A program made the position numbers and the translations under genes. From Paraspadella gotoi (taxonomy: Eukaryota; Animalia; Chaetognatha): a DNA stretch of 64,000 bases. The notes beneath the pieces were generated by a model, which saw nothing but the letters and a program-made list of their open reading frames with translations, was not told the origin of the DNA and made no database searches. Location of the stretch: contig CM119270.1 in the NCBI GenBank assembly GCA_051294375.1, positions 4,270,301 to 4,334,300 of the forward strand, in the 5' to 3' direction. This document shows, in pieces, positions 15,825-29,398 of the stretch (its first letter is position 1; every line of letters starts with the position of its first letter).

Positions 15825-16157
15825 ACCGGCGACAAAGAAAACCCGCCATATCTAGCGCTCTGTTGTTGTCGTCTATGGCGTCGCCTAAGGCGAGATCTGT
15901 CGGTAGGTGCCGTCGAGAAGAACGTCGAGGTTGTTTAGCGGCGCCGGAGTTTTGTCTTTTTGAATCGCGTCAAGAGGCGGGCTGAATGGCGCGAATTGTT
16001 GGCGCGCTGAGGAAAAGAGGGGGGAAGATGAAGAGACGAGATGAGGGAAATAAGAGGGGGAAAAGTGGAGGAAGGAAAAGAAAAAAAAGGGAAAGAAAGA
16101 AAGAAAGAAAGAAAGAAAAGAAAGAAAGAAAGAAAGAAAAAAGAAAGAAGAAAGAAA

Positions 16158-16188
<31 letters not shown>

Positions 16189-19100
16189 AATAATAATAAA
16201 TAATAAATAAATAAATAATAATAAATAAATAAATAAATAAAAATAAATAAATAAAATAAATTACATCGTAGCAAACCTGAGCCAACAAATCCTTGTACTT
16301 TCCGCCGTCGTCCGCAACTGATGATGTTGATCGACCAAGTCCCAAATTCCTGCAGCGGCATCGGCCCGTCGAACGTCATCTTAAAGGGCTCAGGTCGCCG
16401 CCGCCGACGCCGCGGCTGCCGAAGTGTTTGTACATTCTGGGTTCGGGGAAAAGGGAAAGACGAGAATGGAAACTGAAGTCAACCTAGAAAATATTTTTAT
16501 GGCGCGAAACTTGTCTGATTTCAACAAAACAACGGATAAACAGAAGGGAAAACGAGAGCCCAATCCACAATTAACAAGCCAAAGAAAAAAAGTTCAATCT
16601 CAGATCAACGCCTTCCACTTGGCAGACTGTTGACGAACTCTGCAAGACGATCCAGACGCTTCGAAGGCGTCGGACTGAATTCGGTATCGTTGCGAGGATT
16701 TGGAGGCCCAAACGGAGACGATGGCGCCGGAGTAGTACTGAGGGGGTGGGGGTGTGGAAGGATGGTGGGGGTGAGAAAGGAAACGGAGAGAGTGTTGGGA
16801 AAGGGGGGTGAAGATAAGAGAGTGAGACGAACCTGCATTCCGATCAGGTTGGCGTTGCTTCCGTTGTCGATGGCGAGATCGGGAATATCTCCGCCAGGGA
16901 AACTGCAAATAAAAAATGAATAAATAAATAAATGAATAAATATTTTTCAATGATAATTTTTCCTTAAATTTTCGATTCACCACTCACCCCTGCACATCCG
17001 CCCTCACCCCTTTTTTCTCACCGGCGGTCGTTGAGTCAGAGGGTGATCTTCACGGCGGCGTTCTTCTGCGGAAGCGCGGGTTCATAACGAGGCGCAGCGA
17101 AGCGTCATTTGCGTCTTCATCACGCGGGGCGCGTCCGTCGTCGTTTTGTAAGACGCCGTTCAGAGTAGCCTGAGTGTGGAACAGAGATAGACAGAAAAGT
17201 GAGATAAAATATAAAGTAGGATTGGCCCACCGGGGCCCAAGGGGCTCCCATTTGGCGTCGACCAGTGTTCGCCCACAATGGTCTCGCTTCCGTCTCGCCA
17301 CTGACCCGGAGATCCGAGGCGGCGGCGAGGCCTCTGGAGAAGAAGGGGACGGAAATCTCGGTGGAGTCGCGGACTTTGAGGCTGAACTGCTGCTGATTCG
17401 TCGCCACAGGAGGTTGACAGTGGACGTGGAGTTTGACCTCGTCCACTGGAAGCTGGTGTAGAGTGGGATGCGGGAGAGTAGAATGGAATAAGAAGGAAGA
17501 GGGGAAAAAAAAGGAAATTTTCCACTTTTTTCCTTCTTTCATCAAAACTGGATTTGACGATAACTTTAACCGTGACCGAGGGAACGTCCTTTTCCGTCGC
17601 TTCTCCCGATTCTGGGAGAGAGTCTTCATCGACACTTCGTCCATCTGTGGGGACCTAAAGAGTAGAAGCGACATTTGTTTATTTTTTTTTCTTCTTTCTT
17701 TCCCGAACTGTTTCTTTTTCTTTTCTTTTCTTTTCATTTTTTAGTTTCTTATTTATTTTTCTCTCACTGAACGATGATTTGCAAACTCGTCCGAAAGATT
17801 TCTCGTCATCGGCTGAGACTTGCGTTGGCTCTTATTTGTTTCTGACAAAGAGAATAAAATAATCCGTTTCCTGCGATGTTATAATAAATAAAATAATATA
17901 ATCTTACTTGCAACTGAACGAGTTCAACGTCCGTCTCCTGATAGTTGATCTCTCTGGCCTCCGAGGGCGGAGCCATGAAGATGGAAGGGTCGTCCCCAAG
18001 TAAGAGCACTGGAGGTGACCGTTCTCGGAGAGAGTAACGAGACAACCCTAAGGGCAAAAAGATAACGAGATTTAGTGGAACCCTCATTCATCGTCTTCCC
18101 CTCTTCATCCACTCACTTTGATGTCTTGAAAATGCCCGATCCGAATCTGCACCGGACTGTCGGGCAACGTGGCCGCCCATTCCTCCAACGTCTTGTCTTC
18201 AAAGAGAAGAAGTTGGTTCTCCCGTGGGTGCAGACGATGAGGGAAGTGGCGCCGCCTTCCGGCGCCGTCGAACCGGACTTTAACGGCGCCATTCTATCAG
18301 GGAGAAATAATAATATTCAGTTAATAAAGCGATAAGTTCTAAATTAATTATTAACTAATAACTAGTCACCATTGTCCCCGCCGGCAGAACCTGTATGGCA
18401 AGAAGCAGCTTGGTTGTACTCGAACTTCTTCATCCACTTCAAGGTTCCCATTGTCCCTGACGCAGAAAAGGTTTCTCTTGCCGAGGACGAAGATGAGGAA
18501 TCCCGGCGGGGCGCTCGAGGAGACGGTCGTCCCGTCGATCACCTGGGGGATAGTTTGTTGTTGTTGTGTTAGCCAATTACGTTAGTTTATATTGCTTAAA
18601 AAAACCTCGATCTGAAGTGCTGCCTCCCCGATTCGAAACGACCAGTCCATCGTGACCCGTTTTGCCCGAGGTCACCGCAGCCGCCTCTTCCTTGGAGCCG
18701 GCGTCCGACGCCACGCGAGGACTTGATACCTTTATATAGCGATAAATCAAAACAATAGGAGAATAAAAGAAAATAAATAATACATTGACAGACAAGAAGA
18801 ACGAGAAAGAGAGAATGATTGGGAGATTTGTTTTTTTTCGAATTATTAAGCAGATCCCATCTCTCCCCTTTCCAACAAGATCTACAATTTTTCCTCATCT
18901 CCCCTCCTTTCCCGACCACAAATCAACTTGTAGCTCTCCAACTGCCATTGCGACGAGACGGTGACTATCGAGTCCGTCCTCGGGACGAACTTGATCGGCC
19001 CAGGGAGCAGCGATCCCGGAAGGAACCTCGTGAAGGCGAAGGATTCTTGCTCGAAGAAGAAAGAGTCGCGTCCATCGATTGAACGCAGACAAAGTCTTTT

Positions 19101-20029
19101 CGCGAACGCCGCCGAAGCGCCCGTGCAGAAGTTGCAAGCGGAACGCTGAGGGTTGGGAGAAAACAAAAGAGGGCTTGGTTAGTATTAATTTTGATTAATA
19201 ATTATTAATCGAATTAATTAACAATTAAGGTTTTTTCTTTTCTTTTCTTCGCGGTATCTTCAACTAAATTCATCGAACGATCTCATCTTCTTTCTATTTT
19301 TTCTCTGTACTCTCTCTCTATTATCCTCCCCTGACCAAAACCTGCAGGATGTGCTCATATTGCAGAGTAACGCTGGCGTGGCTGCCGTAGTCGACAGCGG
19401 CTTGGACAGACTGGATGGAATAGACGGCAAACTTGCGAGGATGGAGGACGGCCAGGTGCGTCTTGTCAGAGCCTTTGGGAGATTGAAACAAACAATGACG
19501 AAAATGAACTTACCTCCCCGAAAAAAAAGCGAAACTCACCCGACACGAATCTACCGCATTCCACTTGAAGGATGGGCGCATTCAACTGTTGCTCCACAAG
19601 AAGATCTTCCGTTTAAATCCTGAATCGAATTAGTGACGAATTTAACACATAGTCGCTTACTTACTCTCCAGATGCTAAACTCACCCGTTGACGGCGACCC
19701 GACCTCGGGGTCGCGTTTAGTGGGTGGGTGAGGGTTGTAGACGCGGAGAATCCCGTGGAAACTGCCCACGACGATCTTGTCCAACCTTCGGGAAGTGACT
19801 AACGAAGTTAATTATTTCAAACAACAATCAAAGGGCCTCAAGACACAAACACCGTCACCAGGGAACTGACTGAAACTGGATAATCCCTCATCTATTTGAT
19901 GGATCAACCTGTTGGGGCCGTTGTCGACGTTTCCGAGACAGAGACTCCCGAGATCAAACTCTTCCTCCTCTTCTGTCGACGCCCCATTGGCTCGCGTCGA
20001 CCACCATCACGAGCCTTAAACAGCGACAT
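15825..20029 (-). pseudogene. BBS9: BBS9 second copy, lacking the last two exons and frameshifted (probably an error-rich assembly duplicate)
   Basis: Same exons as 7040-11253 with scattered 1-nt indels (e.g. CCACCATCAC vs CCACCAATCAC; CCACGCGAGG vs CCACCGCGAGG). Confidence 0.85.
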
Positions 20030-20419
20030 CTCCGTTCAACTTTGAGTCTTTGTTTTTTGTTTTTTCTAACGCGTTCACTTCAAGCTTCTCGACGCCATTT
20101 GTCTTTAAAACGAATTGGAAACAGACAAATAGTGAAATAGAGAAGACGAAATACGTTATTACAGATACGCTTTAGACCTGCTGTTCGTGCTCTAACAATG
20201 CAGGGAATTTTTTGGGACGAGAGCAAGGGCCGTGCAGCTCCGTCGACGATAAAGCAGTGGAACAGAGAAACAACAGAAACAAACAAATGGACAAAAAACA
20301 TAGTGGAACAAGTCGATACTGATCTATGGAAAATTCTCATAAAAAATATTGGCAAAAAGTTAAGAACTGTAGGACTAGATTTTTTTTTTTGTTTTGACAT
20401 CCGTCGACAGCCTTATTGA

Positions 20420-21815
20420 TTAAGACGCTCCCTCTCCGGCACCGTCTCTTCCGGCGCCGATTCTCCCGCCTCCGTCTCGCCCCGCGCCCTCTGACTCTCC
20501 GGTCTTGAGCGCCTTTCGAGCCTTGAATCCCCGGAATCCGCTTGGATCTTCAGCGTGGCCTCTTGACGTTCTTTGGCCTCCAAGTCTGGCAACTCCTCTT
20601 CCTCCTCTTCTTGAGGCGGAGGGGAGGAGGAGGAGCGGGCTTCCGCCATTGACTGCTCCTGTATGGAGAAAGAGAAAGAGGGCTTGCAGGAAAAATGCAT
20701 TCATTATTGTTAAAAATATTTAACAATTTTTTTAGCTTTAAAGTTTAAGAGCGTTCCTAGCTATTGAAATTAAAAAAAAAAATCAAGATACTGAAAAATT
20801 ATCACAAGGTCTGGGGACAATTTGTACTGTTGTCTTCTAGTCCTAAACTCTAAGAAAAAAAGAACAAAATATGGGGAGTTCAAACTCACTTCATCGACTT
20901 CCGCGCCTTGAAGCCTCGAATCCGGCCTGAATCTTCAGGGTGGCGTCTTGAACGCCGGCGTCGTTCAAGTCCGGGAGTCCTCCTCTTCCTCTTCTTCCGG
21001 CGCGGCAGTGGGCACGTGCGGCTCTGGCGGAGGATCATCCTTCATCGTTTGCGCGTCTTGTAGCCGGGAGTTGGCCTGGATCTTGAGGGCGGCCTCGCCC
21101 GTCTTGGGGTCGTCCAGATCGATGTCGATCTCTGGTGGAGTTTGGGAAGGGGGAGAATAGGAGAAATAAGAAGGAAGGGGGAAAGGGGAAGAAAATTAAG
21201 TAAGAAGAAAAAGATAAGGCAGGTAGGAAAGGCCACATGAAGGCAATAAGAAGTTTAAAGGTATTTAAAAAGAAAGGAAGAAAAGAAAGAAAAGAAAGAA
21301 AAAATAAAATAATAAGATATCCAAGGTGGAATTTGGACTATGTGGAGGAGTTGCTGACTTTGTCTCCACTCTTCTTCTCATCTCCCTTATTGTTCCGTTA
21401 TTGTTGACATAAAGAATTTTGCAACCATTCCGCAATTATGTGCTCGTTTTTCAGAAAAAACAAAAAAAAAAAAATTAAAAGGAAAGAAGAAGAAAGAAAG
21501 AAAAGAAAAAAGAAGAAAGAAAGAAAGATTCAAGTTCACCTTCCTCCGCCTCCTCCTCCTAGCCCGTCTCTCCGCCGCGATCAACGTCTCCCCGTTGTCA
21601 TGAGATCCTCGTGCGCGGCGCCGATCTTGCGCCGGGTCGGCGCCGCCCCCGGCCTCGCGCACCTTGAGGAGCCGATCGAAGTACTTGGCGGCGAACTCGT
21701 AGATCTCCTGCTCACCTCGGGGTTGTTCCCGCAGCACCTCGCGGGCCAACCCCTCCAGGAGGTTCTGGAAGCCGCGAGGCACGCGGAGGGAAGTGTTGGA
21801 GAAAGGAACGGCCAT
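20420..21815 (-). pseudogene. SPA17: SPA17-like second copy, frameshifted
   Basis: Identical RIIa start MAVPFSNTSLRVPRG; indels break the IQ exons. Confidence 0.85.
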
Positions 21816-22986
21816 GATAGAGGGTTGGGGGGGGCAATGAAGAAGAGGAGTGGAAAGAGGTGGAGGCGGGTAGATGGTAGCGGGAAGTTTGAGTAAAGAA
21901 CGAGGCAGAAAGACTTTTTGGCAATTTCTTTTTCTTTCTTTCTCGTCAAGTTCGAGTTCTTGTTACAGTGAAAAAGTTAATATTTTTAATATTAATATCC
22001 ATGAATCGCTCAATTTTGCGATTAAGCGAAGATTTTCCGTCAATCTCTTCTCCGTTTTGTCTCTTGTTTTTTCTGTTTTTTTTTTTTTCGAAAGAGTTAA
22101 GAATTTCAAATCCCTACAAAATAGATTAGACATATTTATTTTTTTAAATACACAATATTAATTGATTTTTAAGGAAGTTCATTAAATAAAAGTGAACTTT
22201 GTTAGTGCGAAATAATCTTTTACAAAATAAGTACGAGTCACCATCACCGTTAATGATTAAAAAAACCATGCAAGAAAAAGAAAGTTTTTTGTAAATACAT
22301 GCAAAGCGAAAGGTTTCCCTTGTAATACTGTTTTAGGCAATGAAGGTTTTTTATGAATGAAGGTTTAGTAAGAAACTTAGACTAGTATCATCGATTTCGG
22401 TTTCCCCGAGCTGAAAAAAAACGGAGATAATCCTCTCGTGCGGAGAGAGGAATCAGCGGATCTCGCGATCAATGCAAAGCGTTCAATTGAAGAACGCCCT
22501 CATCGACAGCGCCCTTTTAGTCGTCGCCCTCTCCGGGAACGTCGCTGTCCATTCCGCCATCTGCGCCGACATCGTCGCCCGTCAAATCCTCGTCGGCCGC
22601 CGAGGGATCTTCCGCGCTTTCGCCCACCGCGCCGGCCGCGGCTAAAAATAGGAAACGGGGGAAAAAACAACATTATCATTTATACTTACAGCATTTTAAA
22701 TATCAACGTACTAAAGAACACTGCGTAGCAGTCTTAAATATTTAAAACGCCGATTTTAATAATACGGGAATAAATTTCCGCCAGAAATCAAGTGTCGAAA
22801 GATTAAAAATAAAAATCTTGCTATTAAAAGCAAAGAGATGACATACATAATCGAAATAATTTAAGTTATATATTTTGATGTTAGTGGTTTAGATATATTT
22901 TTCGTGTTTACAGTCTTTTTATGCTGTTACACTGTTACTGCGTTTACTGTTACTGTTATAGCGTTACTGTTTTTGTTTTGAACTAT

Positions 22987-24344
22987 AGTGGAGATCCTGA
23001 TTATTATTTATTAGTAAGAAAGTAAATAAAATCGCCGGCCGAATTCTTTAAAAATTCCAATGCCCGCTAAGAAATATTTTGCTCCCTCTGTTCAAACGCC
23101 GTCGCAAAACGTTACCTTATTTGGAAGTATTTTTACTTGTTTACTTTACAAATGTAAACCAAATTTTCTCTCTCTCGCCATATAAAAATGAATGCCACTT
23201 TGTACAATTAGCCAATTCGATTCCATTCGCTTTTCTGATTTCAATAAATCGATTCATCTCATTTTGTTCGCCATTTTTTCTCGACCACCTCCACTTGATG
23301 GCAGCGTGTGGGTCCCACCTCAATGTGGGATTACACCACAAAGAGATGGCAAAAGATGAATCTTGTTGTTTTTTTTTGTTGTCACTGAGTGGATATGCGA
23401 AATTTGGACTAACGTTTCTCCTGCTTCGTTAAAGTCTCTGCCAACTTTGAAACAACATCAATTTTTTGCGTGAACGTTCGTCATCAAAGGGCACTGGAGC
23501 ACGTCAGCGTCACGTTCTATGGCAAGTTTTGGACGCCGAAAAGACCATGTGGATCGGCGATGAGATGGGAGATGTTTGAGACCAGTGGATCATGTTTGCG
23601 TTTGCGGCAACATGCACAGTAGTCACTTGTACTGTACTGGAGAAAATAGCCCTGGTTATGCCTCCTACGCCACAGAGGATCTGCGTCACGATGCTACGTC
23701 ATCACTCTTTTCAAAGTCTAAATGTGTGCTCATCGTTTTGTGCTGTTCACTGTGTTCATGGGTGCTATCAACTTCATCACAAACTTGATGTCTTTCGTGA
23801 TTCATAAATCAGAACTTCGTAATTTTAATTTTCATGTGTGATTTACCAACGCTACCGTATTATTTCCTAAATTATTATTAAATTTCATTTTGATATTTTC
23901 GCATTATTTAGCTTTAACTGGCCAAAAAGAAGTTACTGTGATGTGTACTTTTATTTTAGAAAGTGGCCGTTTTTAATTTAATTTTATTTGCTTTACTTTG
24001 ATACTCATTTATTTGCTTTCTTTGGTGCGTGGCCGAGTGGAGATCCTGATTATTATTATTAGTAAGAAAGTAAATAAAATCGCCGGCCGAATTCTTTAAA
24101 AATTCCAATGCCCGCTAAGAAATATTTTGCTCCCTCTGTTCAAACGCCGGTCGCAAAACGTTACCTTATTTGGAAGTATTTTACTTGTTTACTTTACAAA
24201 TGTAAACCAAATTTCTCTCTCTCGCCATATAAAAATGAATGCCACTTTGTACAATTAGCCAATTCGATTCCATTCGCTTTTCTGATTTCAATAAATCGAT
24301 TTCATCTCATTTTGTTCGCCATTTTTATCTCGACCACCTCCACT
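22987..24344 (+). mobile_element. Duplicate of the TRIM-like LTR element (LTRs 22987-23295 and 24036-24344)
   Basis: Same LTRs, same CTAT TSD and same flanks as 14281-15640, so the same insertion copied with the block. Confidence 0.88.
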
Positions 24345-24769
24345 CTATGTTAATATCGTTTTATAAAATTTAAAAAAAATTAAGTGATTTAAATTTAAAT
24401 TATTTTAAAAAAAATTTAAGTGTCCTTTTAATGCCACTGACAAGAACTCTCTTTTGGTCAATATACTCAATATACTAGTTCTCATTAAAATGTCGTATTT
24501 CTAATTCATGAAAATTATTTTTCAGTATCCGCCTTCAGAAGGTAAGTCTCTCTTGACTGACGGCCTTACCTTCTCCTCCTCTTCTGCGCCTCGGCGGCCC
24601 GTGCCTGGCGGCCGCCGACTCCGACAACAACAACTTGTGCTGCGCCTCTCTTCTCGCGACGACGACGTCGCGGACGATGCTGTCCAAAACGGTGCGGGCC
24701 AACACGTTGACGGTCAACTTGTCGCCCACGCGGTCCAAGACCCACGGCATGAAGCCGAGCTCCACCGTC

Positions 24770-24794
24770 NNNNNNNNNNNNNNNNNNNNNNNNN
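24770..24794. other. 25-N assembly gap flanked by a ~310-bp duplicate of the RSPH3 last exon and 3' flank (24458-24769 vs 24795-25105)
   Basis: 25 consecutive N; both repeats start TCAATATACTCAATATACTAG. Confidence 0.95.
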
Positions 24795-24870
24795 TCAATA
24801 TACTCAATATACTAGTTCTCATTAAAATGTCGTATTTCTAATTCATGAAATTATTTTTCAGTATCCGCCT

Positions 24871-26109
24871 TCAGAAGGTAAGTCTCTCTTGACTGACGGC
24901 CTTACCTTCTCCTTCCTCTTCTGCGGCCTCGGCGGCCCGTGCCATGGCGGCCGCCGACTCCGACAACAACAACTTGTGCTGCGCCTCTCTTCTCGCGACG
25001 ACGACGTCGCGGACGATGCTGTCCAAACGGTGCGGGCCAACACGTTGACGGTCAACTTGTCGCCCACGCGGTCCAAGACCCACGGCATGAAGCCGAGCTC
25101 CACGTCTCTCTCCACGGGGTCGTAGAAATAGCTGAAGGGGCGAACAAAACACGGGGTTAAAAATTGAAAATGTTTTAACCAAAATTTAATTTACTGCTTA
25201 TTTATTTATAATGACCATCATGCTTTGACTTTGGGCTTGAAAGTTGGCAATGAAATTGGTGCAACCAATATAAAATTATTATTGAATTAAGTTATCTTGC
25301 CCCTGACTTTGGACAGGCTTTGATGGTTCAAGGCTTCCATCACTCACAAGATATTCCATCTGGAGAAGCGAGTGTCCTTGCCACATTCACATACCCGCTA
25401 TCGGAGAGAGTTCCGAAGACAGAGGGCACTAGATCGGACAAGTAACTCTGAGCGAAGGCGCGGGCGGCGATTTTCTCCGCCGTCTCTCGCTCCTTTCGGA
25501 GAATCTCCCGCTGCTGTTTCATGCGGCGCTCCTGAAGAATAAATGAACATCGCCCGTTGATTTATTTTTATTTATAAAGGACGAAATAAAACTGCTGTAA
25601 TAATTACACCACTGTGTATTAATGTCAACTACAGAAACAAATTAGCAGGGAAAATATGTATGTACTACAAGGAGATTAAAAAAATATAATTTAGTAAAGA
25701 AAATTAGCAAAAAACAACTCGACATTGAATATTAACAACTCAGCCCACCTTTTCCTCGCGGTGGCGTCGCTCCTGCTCCTCCAATCTCTGCTGCTCAACC
25801 AATTCTGCGTTGCGAAGCTCCTCGAAGGACCTCTGCTGGGCGCGGAGCTGCGCCAGCTCCTCTTCCTCCATGACTTCGAGTAGCGACTGTTCGATGGTTT
25901 TTCCGACGAGCACTTCCAGGATTGGTTTGACTTCAACGTCGAAGTCGAAGAGGTCGCCTCCATTATTTGAGTCTCGACGTCCACGCCTGCGGGTGGGAGG
26001 GGGCCGAGGAAGGGTCGAGAAATATCGGATAACAAACATTTTAAACTGCGATCTGTGGACCTGATCATCTGAAGACGTTCACGCAAGCGTACTTAACTAT
26101 AGTCTGTTT

Positions 26110-26202
<93 letters not shown>

Positions 26203-27577
26203 TCGTACTATTCGAGCAAGTGATGGTGATGCCTAAAATCAGTTAAATTATTCTTGCTCTGATACTCGTTGATGTTTACCTCTGATTTTAAAAGATTTTT
26301 GGTTTTAAAGTTTTCTCGACAATAAGTTGTTTTTGATTAGTTATGCTTTTGTCTCGATTTGACTATTCCATTTTCCGGCCCACTCTGTTAATCCTCGTTC
26401 TCACCCGTTTTGGCGGGAATGAATAACGGGAGGGAGGGCGATCGAGAAAGCGTCGGTCTGGCACTCCACGTCGGCTTCCTCCACACGATCCGACAATTCT
26501 TCGAGGTACAACTCCGTCTGTACATCCTGGAGTATTAGTGTAGAAAATGGCGGTTTCATTTAAGATTTAAAAATAAAAATAAGTGTCCGCAAAAAATTTA
26601 TTTCAGAGGCTTAATGAATATTTTTTCAAAATTCATGATCCAGACTAAATTCTTCAAAAACTTGAAAATTTCCAGGCCACACTGGTCCCAGCATCGAACA
26701 ATACCTGATGCTTTCTACCCTCTGGCGGCTCCGGCGAACGGGGCTTTAACTGTTCCTTGGCGCGTCTCTTCGCCAGAGCGCGTCGTCTCACTTCCTGCGA
26801 ATTTCAGCCAAAATTTTAACAAACTGGTCGCGTCAAACCACAGTTTTAACAATATGCATACATGTATATATGACAAATTATACAATTATACATTTCGATT
26901 TTGATTAGAATGTGACCATTTCAAACCTGTTGCCTTTGAATCTCGAGCGGATCTGGCTGCTGTGTGGCGGGCAAGACATTTTGAGCGTAGGTGCTGCCTC
27001 TCACTACACGACGATCCCACATCAAGTTCCCGAACCTGAAAGGTCAAGGCCAATTTATTGGCTGGAGTTGAATCGTGGTGGTCGGTTATAAATGTATTTT
27101 GTATTAATTTTGTGTGTATAACCCATGTGTTATCCCTCTATTTTCGAAAGACAACACTAACATCACTCTCACCCATTACTTATTAAATTTAAAATATATA
27201 ATAATTAATAATATATATAATATATAATATAAATAATATAATATAATAATATAATAATAATAATATATAATAATATAATAATAATAATTAAGTGAAATAT
27301 AATAAACTTTTTTATTTCTCTTCAAAATTTATTCTAATATAAAGTAAAACAGCCATTTTTCATAAATTACGAAAGTAAATATTTGACAAACTCATACTAA
27401 GGATCCATCTAATCCCGACCTGAGTGCGGCGTCAGCAACCGCCTGGTCGGCGGCGGCGGCGTTGTCTTGGACGCGATAGCTGTTTCCGCTGTTTGACTGG
27501 TCGAGGTTGACTGGCAAAGGTGTACGGTATCCCTTGGTGGTGCTTGCTGCGGTGGTTGGGTGAACCGCCGCCGGCAT
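24871..27577 (-). CDS. RSPH3: Radial spoke head protein 3, about 7 exons; contains apparent 1-nt frameshifts
   Basis: Exons encode YTFASQPRPV, FGNLMWDRRVVRGSTYA, PRSPEPPEGRKH, DVQTELYLEELSDRVEEADVECQTDAFLDRPPSPLFIPAKTG, DLFDFDVEVKPILEVLVGKTIEQSLLEVMEEEELAQLRAQQ, EKIAARAFAQSYLSDLVPSVFGTL and YFYDPVERDVELGFMPW. Confidence 0.95.
25250..25340 (+). repeat. Short dispersed repeat; related copies at ~36350-36440, ~49361-49447 and ~63363-63452
   Basis: Shared core TGGT(G/A)CAACCAA...AAAATTAT...TAAG(T/C)TATCTTG(C/T)CCC(T)GACTTTGGACAGG; the 49361 copy is more diverged. Confidence 0.55.
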
Positions 27578-28040
27578 TTTAATAAATTCATTTATAGATA
27601 ATACAGATATCCACTATAACAAAGTTTATTTTCAAGCTCGGTATTTAAATTAATCAAGATATGTCGGTTTTATTTCTTGGGAGAAGGAATGATGTTATTA
27701 AAATAACTGCGGAACCGGCGGTCGAGAATGGTAGTTTCCGAATTTAAAGTTATGGTTATCGTGTTAATTCTTAACACGAATAATAAAAAGAGAAAAAAAA
27801 ATGGAAACATTGAGAATATAACGACCAGCGAAAGTAGTTAATCCGCGATAACAAAAAAATTAATCTGATCTGTTTGGCAGAAAGAATACGAAGAAATGCA
27901 ATTAAAATGCTTGAATGTCAATGGAAATCGAGTCAACGAGGCTATGGAATTATTTCTTTTTAACTTTGTAGAAATCCATTATATTTCATAGGCAAGTCTG
28001 ATGCAATTTGATAAAGCCTCGGAAAGAAATGTGCTGAACC

Positions 28041-28055
28041 GTCTCCATGGGAAAC
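28041..28055. promoter_or_regulatory. RFX X-box upstream of RSPH3 (copy 1, one extra G)
   Basis: GTCTCCATGGGAAAC about 460 bp 5' of the RSPH3 ATG. Confidence 0.6.
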
Positions 28056-29398
28056 TAAAGTCAAAAAGTTCTGAAATCTTTGGTCGCGGAAGTCGGCTGC
28101 TGGAACACTTGCTATTTAAGATTGTCCGTTACTGAAACTCGGCTCAGTGACCATCTTTTCAGGATTAGTTTCTTGACGCTCTTACGTTTGAGATTTTAAA
28201 TGTTTAGTTAATGTTAATAGTACATCAAAGACTTTTTACTAGCTGCTTACATTAAATTTAGCTGTGCATTAGTATGGAAAAATAAGCTAAGCGAATTAAT
28301 CTCTTTCTAACTAACACTGAGGGACATTACCAAACTTCGTATTAATATTAATCTACAAAATACATAACTAATGTATAATTAAAAATATAATAGTTTATAT
28401 TAAACAAAGAAATCTTTATTTCTACAATCACATTGAATGTAGTTATATATAAGATATAAATCGCATAAAGGGGGCATGACGAAAAATCAATTTACTCTTT
28501 ATTATCATCTAAATCAATTTAGTGTAACAACACTTTAAACATTAGCTTCTGAAAGGGATGTTTTTTGTTGATAATAACAGCGAAGGAATGGAGTTTAGAA
28601 AAAAAAAGAAAAGAAAGTTACTTCACAATTCAATGGGGCGACTGGACAGGAAATAAAAAGCAGCATGTAGTCAATAAACGCGCTTCTTGATTTTTGCCTT
28701 CTTCATTATGGGTTCATACATAAACTAACAATGTACAAAGGAAATATTTCATCCCCCGTATATCGGCCGCAGTTTCACACGAAGTAGAAACGAACTGAGG
28801 AACAATTGTCCTAAGGGGACATTTCGAAGCAGATTTCCAAATAAGACACTTGTGAGCAAAAAAATGACAATTTTTTTTACGAGGAACAATTGATTTTTAA
28901 CCGACGAATTTGTAGAAAAGAGAGGGAGAAAGAGAGAGAAAGAGAGAGAGATAAAGTACTGCACAAACAGAGACATGGGAGCAGGAGAGACAAAAAGTAG
29001 GGAGTAGCAGGCTAAAATAACAGCGTCAATAACCTATTTACAGGTTAATTATTTTCAATTGTGTTAAGTACTCTAAAGGATAGCACCGCCATCTTTGATA
29101 CGCACAAACACACACGCATATATATAGATCGGAACGCTAGTTAATTTACGTCTAGTAGAAAAACCAACAATGCAACGGACTAACCATTCAAAATTTACGC
29201 GCTCGCTCTGTAGTAAAACTCAAAAGACACAAAAGTAGAGCCGAATGTTTGACACAAACATAATTCATGGAATGTACTCGTTTGTATTTAAATTTGTTTG
29301 TTTTTTAATCGCGATTTTCACATCTGGTCTTTCAATAGACTCTCCCCCCATTTTTTTTGTCAGTAACGTCCATTTTTTCTCTTCGGGCCGATCGAGCC

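Larger units (their letters stand above)
15751..24457. repeat. Second copy of block ~6967-15754 (most of BBS9, SPA17, LTR element)
   Basis: Colinear near-identity; the junction joins ...GAACTCTCTTTTGG to GGAACCCGGCTT (compare 6967 TTGGGAACCCGG); the copy carries many 1-nt indels. Confidence 0.95.

Noticed and set aside
15825-21815. True pseudogenised paralogues of BBS9 and SPA17
   Set aside because: Lesions are almost all 1-nt indels with few substitutions, which fits sequencing error better than neutral decay.
14281-24344. Four 310-bp repeats read as an array, or as two independent insertions
   Set aside because: They are LTR pairs of one element, duplicated with identical flanks and TSD by the block duplication; nothing CRISPR-like.
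26061-26095. Hammerhead-like CTGAAGA followed by hairpin ACGC-AA-GCGT in an RSPH3 intron
   Set aside because: The required GAAA and the closing stems are missing; at most a truncated remnant.
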